A DNA stretch of 64,000 nucleotides from a virus. The stretch covers positions 54,696-118,695 of IMG/VR virus record IMGVR_UViG_3300022930_000001. One strand, written 5' to 3'. Numbering within the stretch: position 1 is the stretch's first letter; each line of letters starts with the position of its first letter. Below are positions 49,831 through 59,438 of this stretch, piece after piece. The translations under genes were made by a program, and so were the position numbers. Under the pieces are notes generated by a model, which was not told where the DNA came from, ran no database searches, and worked only from the letters and a program-made list of their open reading frames with translations.

Positions 49831-49904
49831 TGCTGATCTAGAAAGGAATCGAACCTTTTTCTGTCTCCTGAAGGGAGCTATTCTACCGTTGAACTACTAA
49901 TCAG
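49831..49904 (-). tRNA. Non-canonical tRNA-like element (pseudo-tRNA; 5-nt anticodon loop CUUCA)
   Basis: U8A9, D-arm GTTC-AACGGTA-GAAT, T-arm AAAGG-TTCGATT-CCTTT, bulged 8-bp acceptor stem; no encoded CCA. Confidence 0.7.
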
Positions 49905-49921
49905 AACTCTTTAATTATTTT

Positions 49922-49962
49922 GCAGGGGATGATTGAAGGAAGGAAAATAAATCATCCCCTGC
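49922..49962 (-). other. Strong hairpin directly after the MCP stop codon
   Basis: 13-bp perfect stem GCAGGGGATGATT/AATCATCCCCTGC with a 15-nt loop; no U-tract on the sense strand. Confidence 0.7.
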
Positions 49963-49972
49963 GATATTTTAT

Positions 49973-51523
49973 TTAGAACTGTGGATTTTCTTCTATAAGA
50001 ACCATCCTAGAAAGATCTTCAACGAAGATATCTGAACGATCTTCCATCCAAACAGTACATGTAGGACTAAGTGAGCTTGAAATCATTCCCTGAGAAGCGG
50101 CATGACCCTGTACACTTGTACGGCCATTTACATAACCCCAAGTCATTGAAGGAGCACCCTTCATACGAACTTCACGAACATTATTTTTAGGAGTACCATC
50201 ACCTTCTGGAGTTATATCGAACACCATAAATATTGGTGTTGATTTCTTATTCTGACCAAACTCGTTATTAGTCTGTGGAAGATCAAGTTCCTTAAGATGA
50301 CGAAGTTCTATTGTACCTGTATCCAATGTCCAAACACGAGAGAAATTCATATTAAGCATCAAATCCTGTCCAGAACCAGTAACAAACTTATCGTTATCAC
50401 CGGCATTGAAAACTACACCAGAACCCATTGCATCTTGCTTAGCAGCAGTATTGAAAACTTCCATACCTGCTTCATTCGTATAGATGCGTACACGCCTCTT
50501 CTGAATATCAACCCTACGGTAGAACAAATCTCCATAGATATTACGCATCAAATTAATAGTAAAGTCACCACGATTATAAGTAACACGATTACCATAATTA
50601 CGCATCTTCCAATAAAGACCTTCAACAGATTTCTTTATCTCCTGACGAGTTCCCATTGACTTAGAAGTACCCGGTTTAGACCATATAAAACGACTAACCT
50701 TAAGATCAAGCATTTCTTTACGCATCTGAGACTCAATAAATGATTCCCAACGCATATCAAGCAATTTAGGTTTACCAACTTCATTTAGCTGATATTTACC
50801 ATATGCCATTACATTCAATGGATTACCATTTGCATCTTTCAATGAAAGCTGATTAGCCCATTTAGTAATAGTATGCTGAAGACCATAACCACCTGCCATA
50901 GTTTCATATAACTGGATCGTCTGACCCAATTCTGGAAGACCTGACAATTCCTGATCAAATTCACCAATATGGACATCGACACGTTGCATATTAAGACCTA
51001 CCTGAAGCCATACTGCAGCATCTACATATTCTGTACCTGAAGATATTGAATCCAAAGTACATTTGTATTTCCAACCTGCATTATATGGAGTAGGATCTTC
51101 AATAACAGTAAACTGAGGAGCATAACGATGATCTGCAGTTATAGCATCATTTACAAAGAATGCTTTCCTATCTAATACTATTTCAAAAGGTTGTCCGTCA
51201 ATACCCGGAGTAGAAAGTGCCTGAGTTGATGCAGGTATTTCTATGATAGTTGGATAACGATAAGGAACACCTATTTTCCAAGTCCAGAAATCATTATCAG
51301 AGTAGAAAGTATCCGACTGATTTATCATCTGAAGGAAATCATTGCTATACTGAGATGTTTGTGTATACAGGGTTATAATTTCCTTGTCATACTTACTTGG
51401 GTGCATCTGATGCAAAGAATAAAGGCTGTTCGTATCTGTAAACTTACCGACAGCACGACTATCCATAGAGGATACCCTCGTTGCCTGATAGCCTATAAAA
51501 CCCGGAATGTTAGTTAAACTCAT
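49973..51523 (-). CDS. Major capsid protein
   Basis: 516 aa, downstream of portal and scaffold-like genes; biased codon usage; EGL...M and V.IYTNEAG..VF segments as in crAss-like MCPs. Confidence 0.85.
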   Translation of the reverse strand: MSLTNIPGFIGYQATRVSSMDSRAVGKFTDTNSLYSLHQMHPSKYDKEIITLYTQTSQYSNDFLQMINQSDTFYSDNDFWTWKIGVPYRYPTIIEIPASTQALSTPGIDGQPFEIVLDRKAFFVNDAITADHRYAPQFTVIEDPTPYNAGWKYKCTLDSISSGTEYVDAAVWLQVGLNMQRVDVHIGEFDQELSGLPELGQTIQLYETMAGGYGLQHTITKWANQLSLKDANGNPLNVMAYGKYQLNEVGKPKLLDMRWESFIESQMRKEMLDLKVSRFIWSKPGTSKSMGTRQEIKKSVEGLYWKMRNYGNRVTYNRGDFTINLMRNIYGDLFYRRVDIQKRRVRIYTNEAGMEVFNTAAKQDAMGSGVVFNAGDNDKFVTGSGQDLMLNMNFSRVWTLDTGTIELRHLKELDLPQTNNEFGQNKKSTPIFMVFDITPEGDGTPKNNVREVRMKGAPSMTWGYVNGRTSVQGHAASQGMISSSLSPTCTVWMEDRSDIFVEDLSRMVLIEENPQF

Positions 51524-51558
51524 TTTCTGTTATTTTATTATTATTTATTATTTATTTT

Positions 51559-52749
51559 TTATAGTCCACTAAAGAACGAATCACCGGAAGTTACTGGACG
51601 AGAAGTTCTTTTAATGTGTTTATCTTTTATAACTAAATCTTCAAAATATCTATTTGATTCTTTAGATACTAAATTTGTTTTTATTTTGGAAAGATCAAGT
51701 TTATTTTTTAACAGAAGAGCCATCTTGAGTTTAAGTTCTATATTTTTTGGATCACGAAGTTCTAGAATATCTTTATCGAAATCTGTAAGCTTTTCACCTG
51801 AAGGTAATTGCCATTTTTCAGTATCTAAATAATCATATGTTTCTCGAACAACTTTATCTGTTATTGGTATACCATCAAACTCTTTTGCTTTTATTTTATC
51901 TGCAAGCAATTTCTGCAAATTATTTTGATATTCTGCTTTCTGCCGTTTACGATTAATTTCTTCAGATGCTTTCTGTTCTGTTATTTCCTGAAGTTCTTCT
52001 TCTTCTTGCCTCATGATAAGTTCATGAGCAATAGGAGCTTCTTCCTCTAGATCACCATAATCTTTAAGTTTCTGTATTTTCTTGTCAATTATTTCATCTT
52101 TAAGACCTTGCCTACGAAGAGATTCACGAACTACTCGTTCCTGATTCATTTCTTGTGTAAGATCTAAATCTCGCATTGATTGTAGTTCAGAAAATTTAGA
52201 AAGATATTCTTTAGGTGAAACTCCTTTAACAAAAATATCTTCAAATACTTTCAAACCTTCTTCTCCATGCTTTGAAACAAGAAAATTTTGTATATCACTA
52301 TTAACTTGTTCCTGACGTTCAGCAATCCATTTATCTTTAAACTCTTCTCCTGTTGCAGGAAGTTTTTCATCATCTTTCTGTGAAAAGATTCCTAAATCTA
52401 CAAGATTTTTAGAAAGAGTAGAAAAAGTGTTAGAATCATCTTCATCTTCAGTTATAGTATCTTCCTTAGGAGTAGTTGTAGGTTTTTCTATATCTGTTTT
52501 CTCTTTAGATATAGCTCCTAGATTATCTAATAGATCTTCAGCATCTACTTCTACAGAAGTTGCTATTATTTCTTTAGATGCATCTTCGTCAATTTTAGTA
52601 ATTTGTGTTTTATTAATTGGTTGAACCTTATTAGGATCTGTAGAAGGACTTCCACCACCAAAAAGTAAATCAGCAACATCCGAATCTATAGCAGAAGAAG
52701 CCTGTATACCAAAGCCACCACCTAAGAAGTTTGTATCTTGATTTTCCAT
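51559..52749 (-). CDS. Scaffold-like acidic coiled-coil protein
   Basis: Acidic N-terminus and helical core; lies between portal and MCP. Confidence 0.7.
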   Translation of the reverse strand: MENQDTNFLGGGFGIQASSAIDSDVADLLFGGGSPSTDPNKVQPINKTQITKIDEDASKEIIATSVEVDAEDLLDNLGAISKEKTDIEKPTTTPKEDTITEDEDDSNTFSTLSKNLVDLGIFSQKDDEKLPATGEEFKDKWIAERQEQVNSDIQNFLVSKHGEEGLKVFEDIFVKGVSPKEYLSKFSELQSMRDLDLTQEMNQERVVRESLRRQGLKDEIIDKKIQKLKDYGDLEEEAPIAHELIMRQEEEELQEITEQKASEEINRKRQKAEYQNNLQKLLADKIKAKEFDGIPITDKVVRETYDYLDTEKWQLPSGEKLTDFDKDILELRDPKNIELKLKMALLLKNKLDLSKIKTNLVSKESNRYFEDLVIKDKHIKRTSRPVTSGDSFFSGL

Positions 52750-52788
52750 ATTGTAGTTAAATTGTTACTGGTTTTTTGTAATATGATG

Positions 52789-52819
52789 CAAATATATATT
52801 AAGTTTTTTAATCTGCCAA
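52789..52819 (-). promoter_or_regulatory. Bacteroidota-type sigma70 promoter of the capsid operon
   Basis: TATATTTG (52789-52796) and TTGG (52816-52819), 19-nt spacer. Confidence 0.7.
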
Positions 52820-52889
52820 CACTGTTAAACTAATTGTAAGATATAATATAGCATAAGTAAAAATATATTTTCTAATTATAAATATTTAA

Positions 52890-55493
52890 CTATTTCTTCT
52901 TAGAAGAAGCAGCTTTTTGCTTATTTTCTTTTGCTATTTTAACCTGTTGATCAATTTTATACTTTTCCATTTGAAGTTTCTCTCGTTGTAAATTATTACT
53001 ATCTAATGTTTGTCTTTGTGAATTTAAAATATCTGCTTGCTTCTGAGTTAATTCTTTAAGTTTTAATTGATACTCACGTTCAGCTTTAGATATTTCTAGA
53101 TTTTGTTGAGAAAGTTCTAATACATCAGGTAATCCATTTCCATTGACATCTTCACCACCTGATTTGGAAGTAGCACTAATCATTGCGATTCTTTCTTTTG
53201 ATAAGCGATCTTGTTCCTTTTGATAAGCATCATATGCCTGATCCTTTTCATGTTGCAATTGTAACAACTGTTGTGTTTTTTCAAACTGTTGCTGCTGCAT
53301 TTGCATTTCTTGCTGTTTCATTTGCTGTTCTTGATCAAGACGTTGATCAGTTTCTTTTTTCATTTTCTTAAAGATGTCTTTCATTTGACGCATACTCTTA
53401 GTAGAATATAATACCGCAACCTCATAAGGAGAAGCACCATTCTGAAGCATAGCTTGAGAAAGCTGTCTAAATTCTTGAAAATTCCTAGCATCTTCAGCTC
53501 TAGAAGTAACAAATACGCCAAGTTCTTTTAATTTAAGATCTGCACCATTAACTTGAACAAATGCTGCTTCACCTTCAGTGGTAATATAACTAATTGTGCT
53601 TTGAGGTTTAGTTGATTCTATTTTCAAAGCAGCATCAAGAATTGCTTGATATAGTTTATTAAGAGTATATTCATGTTGAGCAAACCAAGGTTCTGTTTGG
53701 GCATAAGATTGTGTTAAAGAACTATTAATAGCTGTTGCAGTCTCTGTTGCTTTAGATTCACCAACACGATTATCAGAAAGACCTATAAGTTTCCAACATT
53801 CTGTACGCATCTGTACTGCAAGATTATAATACCCTTGTATTTCATTTGCTCTTGATAGATTTAATGCAGTGTGTTGATTAAAGCTTGAAGGTGCTTTAAG
53901 ATTTTCAGGTGAATCATCTATAAAGATAATACCCTTTTCTCTTGCTTCTGCTTCCCACATTTCTAGAGCATCTTGGTGATCTCCATCTTTTGGTACAGGT
54001 ATATGTCGAATAGATGTCAAAAATGTCATACCCATGTCCTTTTCAGTAAGCTTAAACAGCTTATTCATTGCTACATTATAAAGCATTTGAAAAGGTTTCA
54101 TCATATCTATTAATGATGGTGGATCAGTAACATTTTTAGGTTCAAACAAACAACCTACTATAGGACAATAGTCAAGTATTTCTAATGGTTTAACATAATA
54201 AACATCTAATCCTATTTTAACTCCTTCATACCACTGATTAACCCATCCCCATTCTAAAGATATCTGTTGTGGATGCATACCTGATTTATATTCTTCACCA
54301 ACAAGCATTACCTGTTCTGCGCCATCCTCATCAATATATTTTAATTCTCCTACTTTCTTTTTAGAAGCCCAATATGCTCGAACAATAAGAAATTTATTAC
54401 CAAATACTGCCGCAGAACTAGTTATTCCTAAAAGTGAACTTAATTCATCTTGATTTTCATGAGCTTCTCCTTCCAATAGTTGTCGATATTGTAAAACGGC
54501 AGGATCATAATTATCATATCGAACACTATTAAAACCTGCTTTACCGGGAACAACTAAATTAGAAGGTGTAGAATTTAATAGATAACCTTGTTGAGACATA
54601 TCTCTAAGATGATCAATTTCATCTTTACCAAGTTTAAATTTATTAATAATTTCTGAAAACTCCATTATTTCAACTGTGCCTGCAGCATAAGCTCCCTTAT
54701 TCATATCTAAAGGATCAGAAGTATATCTCGTATCAGTACTATTAAGATACCATACGTTTTTAGGATTCATTACTTCAATATTAAATCCAAAAGGAGAATT
54801 ATCTGCATAAATATGATAATATTCTTCTGCAGATATGAGAAGATCTCTAAAAGCATCTTCTGATTTTTCTTTTATATTAAATCTCATTTTCATAAGATCT
54901 AATACTCTAGCTCCCCATCTCTCGGCCATTGATGAATAAGAAGTTAAATATTCCTCTGCTTTTTCAGCAGTCATTTGATTTAACTCATCATCTTCCATTT
55001 CAATACCTTGCATAGAAGCTTTTGCTTGCAACTGTTGTTTTACTACAGTCATAATAAGCTGCTGTAAAGTATCTGTTCTAAATTCTAATTCTTGTGATTT
55101 AGAATCATCATCAAAAGCCTTAACAATAACATTGTCAGGTCGTTTAGTCATTTCACCAACCATAGTATTCAGTGGTGAATTTAATATAGAATAGTGCTTT
55201 ACATAAGAAGGTAATGATTCATCTCGCAAAAGAGTTTCTGTAAAAGATTGAACTAATGGTTCATTATAAAAATCACTACGTCTTAGAATACCTTTTACTA
55301 ATTCATAATTAGGAACTATCTTATATCGATTATGAGTATATTGTTGAAGTGCAAGATTATAAAAATAATCCATATTTACTTTCCACCAATCATGATCTTG
55401 TTTTTCTCGTTCTCCTACAAACTGATCAGGATAACGATTAAGAAGTGCAAAGTTTGGATCAGTATACTTTTTTGTATATTTAATGATTGCCAT
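52890..55493 (-). CDS. Portal protein
   Basis: 867 aa after TerL; GE..KRP, SLIDMMKPFQMLYN, R.G....ETA motifs and a Q-rich C-terminal coiled coil. Confidence 0.9.
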   Translation of the reverse strand: MAIIKYTKKYTDPNFALLNRYPDQFVGEREKQDHDWWKVNMDYFYNLALQQYTHNRYKIVPNYELVKGILRRSDFYNEPLVQSFTETLLRDESLPSYVKHYSILNSPLNTMVGEMTKRPDNVIVKAFDDDSKSQELEFRTDTLQQLIMTVVKQQLQAKASMQGIEMEDDELNQMTAEKAEEYLTSYSSMAERWGARVLDLMKMRFNIKEKSEDAFRDLLISAEEYYHIYADNSPFGFNIEVMNPKNVWYLNSTDTRYTSDPLDMNKGAYAAGTVEIMEFSEIINKFKLGKDEIDHLRDMSQQGYLLNSTPSNLVVPGKAGFNSVRYDNYDPAVLQYRQLLEGEAHENQDELSSLLGITSSAAVFGNKFLIVRAYWASKKKVGELKYIDEDGAEQVMLVGEEYKSGMHPQQISLEWGWVNQWYEGVKIGLDVYYVKPLEILDYCPIVGCLFEPKNVTDPPSLIDMMKPFQMLYNVAMNKLFKLTEKDMGMTFLTSIRHIPVPKDGDHQDALEMWEAEAREKGIIFIDDSPENLKAPSSFNQHTALNLSRANEIQGYYNLAVQMRTECWKLIGLSDNRVGESKATETATAINSSLTQSYAQTEPWFAQHEYTLNKLYQAILDAALKIESTKPQSTISYITTEGEAAFVQVNGADLKLKELGVFVTSRAEDARNFQEFRQLSQAMLQNGASPYEVAVLYSTKSMRQMKDIFKKMKKETDQRLDQEQQMKQQEMQMQQQQFEKTQQLLQLQHEKDQAYDAYQKEQDRLSKERIAMISATSKSGGEDVNGNGLPDVLELSQQNLEISKAEREYQLKLKELTQKQADILNSQRQTLDSNNLQREKLQMEKYKIDQQVKIAKENKQKAASSKKK

Positions 55494-57532
55494 TAGCTAA
55501 ATAATTTGTTTATATTTTTTGATTTACCAAATAGATTTACAGTTGATCCAAATAATCTATCAGCCTGTTTTCTTTCTTTATTAAATAATTCTTTAATTCT
55601 AGGATCAGATTCAATACTACTAACTTTATGTAAAGGATCTAGATGATTAGCTAACGCAATTGCTAATTCAATAGCAACAATTCGGTCATAGTTACCATCT
55701 TCATTAAATTGAATAATCTCTTCAAGTAACATAGAATCTCTAATACGAAATACTCCAAATGTTTCAGAGATTGTACTTCCAGACTCATCTTTTTTAATAT
55801 CAATTACTTCATCAAGATATTCTTTTAAACAAGAATGAAGATAATTAATAATTTTTTCAGATGATCTATGCATTCCATACTCTCTATTAACGGTAGTATT
55901 TGGAACTACTTCTTTTAACCATCCGGGTTGAGGCTCTAGATAATGTATTGCATCACCTTTATGCTTCATATATTCTATAAAAGACATTTCATCATTTTCA
56001 CATAATGTTTGTGCATTATATAATTTGATAAGAAGTCTTGCTTGTTCATTCCATTCTTCTTTACTATCTGGTCTCGCAACATATGATGCTACAATTGTAT
56101 CTTGGAACTTTTCTGATACAATATCATGCATTCTTTTCAAGATATAAACAGATCCTAAAGAATCTGAATATTTAGAACTATCATGTCGATAAGGATCGAC
56201 TCCTGCAACATATAACCCTCTAGGAGGATTTTGCATTGGTTTTTCCCATATAACTACAGGTGCATCTTTATTATGTCCACCTTTTGCAGGAAATATAGAA
56301 ACAGGTACTTTAGTTGTAGGTGCTAAATAAATACCATCTTCAGATTGTTTTAATACATAAAATTCACCAGTAATATTGTCTTCACGCATTCTGGCTTGTT
56401 GAGCCTTAGCGGTGTAAATATTAAAAAGATTTGTATCTTCATTAAGAAATATATCATCCACTTCTATAGGATAATACATTTTTTCCTTTAGATATGCGTT
56501 TCTATCTCCTGCTTTTCTTAATTTTTCTAGATTAGTTTTAGTTATTTCTAAAGCTTTTTCTTCATTAGAAACTAATATTGGTACATTATCTAAATCTGTT
56601 CCAGGTTCTTTTCCTAAAAATTCTGCTAAAGTTTTTTTGTCTTTAGCTTCCATACGATATTTTGCAGGAATAAAAAGACCATGAAATCTTTTACTATTTT
56701 TAGGATCAGGATATGTTAAAAAATTATATTGATCTGTATCAAAAAATAATGATTTGGCATCCATGAATTTTCGCATGTCACCACCTGTTCCTGTAATAAT
56801 AGGAGAACAACCCCAACCATAAGGTGTAGTAAAACCGGGTATAGCTGCTTGTAATGCTTTTAGAAATCCACCTTTACCACCTTCATCAATAATAAGCTTT
56901 CTAGGTTTTGTACCTGCTATTGCTTCTTGATTATTACCGTCATCTAGATTACGAATAAGAATATATGAAAATGGCATACGAGTACCATCTTTTGTTTTTA
57001 CTCCAAGTGTTACTTGATTCTTCCAGTTATCTTCAATTCTTTGCCACTTCCAAGCTTCAGGAAGAGCATTTAATCCTTTATCAATCTTATCTGTTACAAG
57101 CTTAATATCTTGAGCATTAAGACCAGATATTACATTCTGTGAATCTTGATCAAATGTAGCTCCCCAAGAAAGATAGGAAGATTCTAAAACAGTTTTAGAA
57201 AACCTTCTTATACCAAATATGCATAAACCTTTATGCTCTTGTTCCGCACGGTATATTTCATTAGTAACTAACCATTCATTATCCCTAAGCAAAGGATTCA
57301 TATATTTCTGCTGCATTCTACCTCGTTCATCAGGAGGTAAATCGACTTCCGTATTCCAGAAATTCATATGCCACATAAGAAAAGGATTAATAAACTCTCC
57401 TTCCATCATAGCTCCTTCTTGACAAAGTTTTTTATGAAAATCATAAAATGCTTTATATTCACTAGATTCTTTATCAGGAACTCTTTTTTGATTAATAAAC
57501 CAATCCTTATATTGTATATTTTGTAATTCCAT
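55493..57532 (-). CDS. terL: Terminase large subunit
   Basis: Walker A-like GIRRFSKT, Walker B LIIDE, TGTGG, YYP....F, nuclease GVDPY and YDRI. Confidence 0.92.
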   Translation of the reverse strand: MELQNIQYKDWFINQKRVPDKESSEYKAFYDFHKKLCQEGAMMEGEFINPFLMWHMNFWNTEVDLPPDERGRMQQKYMNPLLRDNEWLVTNEIYRAEQEHKGLCIFGIRRFSKTVLESSYLSWGATFDQDSQNVISGLNAQDIKLVTDKIDKGLNALPEAWKWQRIEDNWKNQVTLGVKTKDGTRMPFSYILIRNLDDGNNQEAIAGTKPRKLIIDEGGKGGFLKALQAAIPGFTTPYGWGCSPIITGTGGDMRKFMDAKSLFFDTDQYNFLTYPDPKNSKRFHGLFIPAKYRMEAKDKKTLAEFLGKEPGTDLDNVPILVSNEEKALEITKTNLEKLRKAGDRNAYLKEKMYYPIEVDDIFLNEDTNLFNIYTAKAQQARMREDNITGEFYVLKQSEDGIYLAPTTKVPVSIFPAKGGHNKDAPVVIWEKPMQNPPRGLYVAGVDPYRHDSSKYSDSLGSVYILKRMHDIVSEKFQDTIVASYVARPDSKEEWNEQARLLIKLYNAQTLCENDEMSFIEYMKHKGDAIHYLEPQPGWLKEVVPNTTVNREYGMHRSSEKIINYLHSCLKEYLDEVIDIKKDESGSTISETFGVFRIRDSMLLEEIIQFNEDGNYDRIVAIELAIALANHLDPLHKVSSIESDPRIKELFNKERKQADRLFGSTVNLFGKSKNINKLFS

Positions 57533-57858
57533 TATCGCCTGTTAAGAAAATCTTCAGCAAGTGAAGATACTTCTGTTTTACCTCGTGTTTCTATTTTCTT
57601 AGATTCTGCTTCACGCATTTTATTTACTTGCTCAAGTAATGCAAAATATTCCTTTAGAGTATCTCTAAGAGCTTTCTGTTGAGATTCTATTGATGCTACT
57701 ACTGTAGGTATCATTCCACCATTACGAGTTTCTTTATAAGCCATACGATCCTCTAATTCACCATAAGGATGAGAATCATAATATTCTTTCCATTCTTGTA
57801 ACTTTTCTTCCGCCCACTCTAATTCTGAAAGGACAAATAATTCTTTTTTTGTTGCCAT
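57532..57858 (-). CDS. Putative terminase small subunit
   Basis: Helical 108-aa protein coupled directly upstream of terL, with C-terminal RG. Confidence 0.5.
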   Translation of the reverse strand: MATKKELFVLSELEWAEEKLQEWKEYYDSHPYGELEDRMAYKETRNGGMIPTVVASIESQQKALRDTLKEYFALLEQVNKMREAESKKIETRGKTEVSSLAEDFLNRR

Positions 57859-57882
57859 GCTATATATTATATACTTATAATT

Positions 57883-58155
57883 TTAATAATCTTCTTCATC
57901 ATCTTCTAGATTTGTATCTAAATTCATCCCATCTTTGATAATCATATCTAATTCTGAAGGATTTGTATCTAGTTCTTTTTCACATCGATATTTTTCAAAT
58001 ATAAAATATAATTCCTTATCGGATATTCCATCAAAGTTTTTATTATAATCTGCAAGTGCTAGGGATAGATGCTGGGCCAACGCTTGCTTTGGATATTGTC
58101 GAGATAGTTCTTTTAGAACATTTATAATCTCAATTTTATAGTTCTGGTTTTTCAT
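57883..58155 (-). CDS. Hypothetical protein, weak YihD/DUF1040-like pattern
   Basis: I..L..L...YP...L.Q.L......ISDKEL pattern. Confidence 0.55.
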   Translation of the reverse strand: MKNQNYKIEIINVLKELSRQYPKQALAQHLSLALADYNKNFDGISDKELYFIFEKYRCEKELDTNPSELDMIIKDGMNLDTNLEDDEEDY

Positions 58156-58480
58156 TTTTTATTTGTTCTTGGATTTTAGTATTTTCTTCATGTGTTGTAA
58201 CAGATGTCCAAAGTACTTCTAATTTAGCTTGTGGATTTACTTCATTATAATTTTTAATACCACATTCACAAGATAAACATTTAGTCTTTGCTTTAAGATT
58301 ACATCCACATGCCTTACAATAACTAGTTAAAGTTATTTTACCACAAGTAGAATTAAAAGGACAATTTAGGCATATTGCTCTTCGTTCCTCTGCTACTTGT
58401 TCTATTAGATCTTCTAAATCCTTTGGAGGAATTATTGCATTTCTAAATCCTTCAAGAATCTTATTTGGTTCAATTTTCAT
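58136..58480 (-). CDS. Cys-rich putative Zn-binding protein
   Basis: R..IC..CP, C..CGC.L.AK..C....C. Confidence 0.7.
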   Translation of the reverse strand: MKIEPNKILEGFRNAIIPPKDLEDLIEQVAEERRAICLNCPFNSTCGKITLTSYCKACGCNLKAKTKCLSCECGIKNYNEVNPQAKLEVLWTSVTTHEENTKIQEQIKNEKPEL

Positions 58481-58685
58481 TAATAATATTATTTATTAGG
58501 TTATCCATAATTATTTTTTCTTCTTCTGAACACCACTCTCTAATTCTAAAATATCTTTCTTTAGTTTCTTTACTTTGATTATCTATACTAAAAACAAAGT
58601 TTTTAGTCTTATCTAAAAGCATATTCAATTTTAAACCATTTAGAGCAAGTTCAAAATTAGTAGGTTGCGGATAATAATTATTCAT
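58470..58685 (-). CDS. Hypothetical protein
   Basis: 71-aa ORF overlapping both neighbours. Confidence 0.6.
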   Translation of the reverse strand: MNNYYPQPTNFELALNGLKLNMLLDKTKNFVFSIDNQSKETKERYFRIREWCSEEEKIIMDNLINNIINEN

Positions 58686-59010
58686 TTAATTTAGTTTTTA
58701 AATATTCAATATCTGAAGTGGCTTGAGATATATGTATATTGATTGTTCTTATTTTGCGTTCATTAGTTTCTGTTTCTAATTTAGTTTTTCCACTATTTAT
58801 ATATCTCTCAAGTTTTTGTATTCTTTTATTTATAACTGAAGGGCGTAAACGAAATTTACCTAAACCAGAATCTTCTACTGAAGATTGAATTGAAATATTT
58901 TCATATATTGTTCGCCATTTATGATTTATAACAATATCTACAATATCAAAGTCAATGTTTAAATCAGTTGCGGTTTCTTTTAATATTGAATCTAAACTAT
59001 TAATTGACAT
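58678..59010 (-). CDS. HU/IHF-like protein with C-terminal coiled coil
   Basis: I..E.A..L.I....V..VI...; SVE.SGLGKF.LR. Confidence 0.65.
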   Translation of the reverse strand: MSINSLDSILKETATDLNIDFDIVDIVINHKWRTIYENISIQSSVEDSGLGKFRLRPSVINKRIQKLERYINSGKTKLETETNERKIRTINIHISQATSDIEYLKTKLNE

Positions 59011-59356
59011 TTTTACTAATTTTAATTGCTAATATCAATTCCTTTTTATTAAAATCAGGTAAAATTTGTGGATTAATACGAATTTTATTATCCTTATCCT
59101 TAAAAAGAATATTTAATTTTTTTAGTTCTGATATCATATTGTAAACACTATTCTTAGGCACATTAAATATTCGCATAAATTCATTACGAACAGGTGGTGT
59201 ACTAATTGTACCATGTACAGCACAGTATGCTACAAGATCTAGTTCCTTGTGTGTAATCTTAAGATTATTCAAAGCAAACAAAATCACATAGTATTTTCTA
59301 GCTATTTCAAAATCTGTATCATACTTCTGTATTATTTGCTGAAAAAAAGCTTCCAT
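59000..59356 (-). CDS. Winged-helix DNA-binding protein
   Basis: IT.KEL.L, SVYNMISELKKLNIL.K...IRINP wHTH pattern. Confidence 0.65.
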   Translation of the reverse strand: MEAFFQQIIQKYDTDFEIARKYYVILFALNNLKITHKELDLVAYCAVHGTISTPPVRNEFMRIFNVPKNSVYNMISELKKLNILFKDKDNKIRINPQILPDFNKKELILAIKISKNVN

Positions 59357-59382
59357 ATGTAGTTAATAATAATTCTTAGTTG

Positions 59383-59390
59383 CAAAGATA
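59383..59390 (-). promoter_or_regulatory. Bacteroidota-type -7 promoter box for the packaging operon
   Basis: TATCTTTG followed by CA; no clear -33 box. Confidence 0.6.
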
Positions 59391-59438
59391 ATATAATTTT
59401 TTCTAATAGATGATAGAGTTTATAGTTAATATGCTATA

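Noticed and set aside
49831-49904. Functional tRNA-Sec, tRNA-Trp(UCA) or tRNA-Glu
   Set aside because: A 7-nt loop centred on UCA leaves the anticodon stem unpaired, and one centred on UUC lacks U33. There is no long variable arm or CCA.
14703-57532. Inteins or group I introns in RNAP, terminase, portal or MCP
   Set aside because: The ORFs are continuous, and I saw no intein splice-junction or homing-endonuclease motifs.
29304-59407. TTTTCTAAT 9-mer in three promoter regions (29304, 52868, 59399)
   Set aside because: It is low complexity and also occurs in coding DNA, so it cannot be distinguished from background by eye.
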